Part shown: positions 62,626 through 63,877 of the stretch, one piece after another
Layout of the letters: the number at the start of each line of letters is the position of its first letter
How positions within the stretch are numbered: the first letter of the stretch is position 1
DNA from: Octopus bimaculoides
Taxonomy: Eukaryota
Length of the DNA: 63,877 bases
Assembly (NCBI RefSeq): GCF_001194135.2
Contig: NC_068995.1
Span: 28,042,519-28,106,395, forward strand
Reading direction: 5' to 3'
Translations under genes and position numbers: made by a program
The notes under the pieces: model-generated
The model's database searches: none
What the model was told of the DNA's origin: nothing
Seen by the model: only the letters and a program-made list of their open reading frames with translations

Positions 62626-63139
62626 TTGTGTATTTATATGAACCCTATTTTATGTTACTAATTGTTCTAGCTATGATTTGTAGTAGTAGAATGTGTATAA
62701 ATTAGCACAAAATAAGAAAGGATATATTACATATTTAGAATAACATTAAACTAGGATGTTTATAAAATAAATAAATAAATAAATAAATTAATGTAAATAG
62801 ATTGAATTATTATAATTTAGCTTCATTTTGTATATAATAAATAATGTATTTTAGATTTAAGTTATTTAGACTTTAGTATTTTTAAGTAAATGATATGCTA
62901 CAGTTAATTTTTTTTTCCTTATTCTCACATCTAAAATACATTAAGTCATCTTAACGGTTTAAATTCATATTTCTATCTCATTATTTCGTAATTTTTTTAT
63001 TTACGCTGTATTTTCATGCGATATATTTTGTATAAATGCTAAGTTCTACGTATTACGTTTAAAATTTATGTTTAAAATTTTAGTTTACAGCAATTCTTCG
63101 ATAAGATAAGTTGTGTTTTTATTTTAAGAAATATTGTTA

Positions 63140-63300
63140 AATGTTTTTCGATTATACTCTTTACTCTTTTACTTGTTTCAGTCATTTGACTGCGGCCATG
63201 CTGGAGCACCACCTTTAATCGAGCAAATCGACCCCAGGACTTATTCTTTGGATGCCTAGTACTTATTCTATCGGTCACTTTTGCCAAATCGCTAAGTTAT
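63140..63300 (-). mobile_element. SINE 3' part
   Basis: Reverse complement of 8500-8640 (GGTGCTCCAGCATGGCCGCAGTC..GACTGAAACAAGTAAAAGAG). Confidence 0.8.
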
Positions 63301-63529
63301 AGATATTTAGTATAAGTTACATTGAGTTTTTTATTATTATTTTTATTTTATTTTAGATCTGACGAGTGACTAATTTTGAATAGATTTAACTGTAGATTGA
63401 TTTGATTATTAATCGAATATGATAATGAAGAATAATATGTATATATGTGCATGTATATACATGTGTGTGTGTGTATGTATATATGTGTGTATGTACATGT
63501 GTGTATATATGCACATGTGGATATGTGCA

Positions 63530-63877
63530 TAGGAGAAGTTTAAGGTGTGGAAGCAAGGACTAGAATCGAAGGGCCTTAGAGTCAACCTAGCAAAAACCAA
63601 AATCCTAATAAGTAGGAAGGTAGATAAAACACAAACCCCTTCAGGTGGATGGCCCTGCTCAGTATGCAGTAAAGGAGTAGATAGTAACTCTATAAGATGT
63701 ACCCGGTGCAAGCTATGGACACATAAGAGGTGCAGCAATATCAAAGGCAGATTAACTACGAAGTTAGTTTTTGTTTGTGGCAGATGTTCAGGTGCAATAA
63801 ATACTGTAAACAAACAGGAAACAACTTCTATCTCATTCCAGGGAGAAAAACTAGAGGTAGTTGATAGCTTCCGCTAT
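63530..63877 (+). mobile_element. RTE LINE post-RT region with PHD-like finger (runs off the window end)
   Basis: KFKVWKQGLESKGLRVNLAKTKIL..PCSVCSKGVDSNSIRCTRCKLWTHKRCS..VCGRC..LEVVDSF. Confidence 0.92.

Noticed and set aside
63355-63425. Second hammerhead candidate CTGACGA...CGAAT downstream of the Penelope element
   Set aside because: GAAA is GAAT, stem II is out of register and there is no stem I or stem III. At best it is a decayed relic.

Overview
Animal genomic DNA, almost certainly octopus. This is inferred from the tRNA-head and CORE SINE families, abundant RTE LINEs and microsatellite load. The window is AT-rich, has five N gaps and is mostly decayed transposons. Hand splicing recovers one host gene on the minus strand. 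Six phase-compatible GT-AG exons (59616-59541, 40743-40671, 38574-38503, 29535-29350, 21677-21581, 21442-20716) give about 409 aa in the window: a helical N-terminal part, one fibronectin type III domain split over three exons, and a Ser/Thr-rich tail. Its 5' end was not found in the window. Mobile elements include two nested Ty3/gypsy elements, a 901-bp solo LTR, many RTE LINEs with a PHD-like finger, R4/Dong-type LINEs, mariner, Tc1 and piggyBac remnants, a hAT MITE, Helitron fragments and two different Penelope-like elements (PLEs). Three observations stand out. (1) A decayed Naiad-type PLE RT (48.3-49.4 kb) is directly preceded by a Ulp1/C48-protease-like domain, a 2A-like motif and a duplicated unknown domain, and there is an inverted repeat further upstream. 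(2) A type I hammerhead ribozyme lies at 45642-45700. (3) A nearly complete, very AT-rich PLE with a C-terminal GIY-YIG and an Asn-rich insert lies at 60.2-62.6 kb. All family assignments come from motif recognition by eye; no searches were run.
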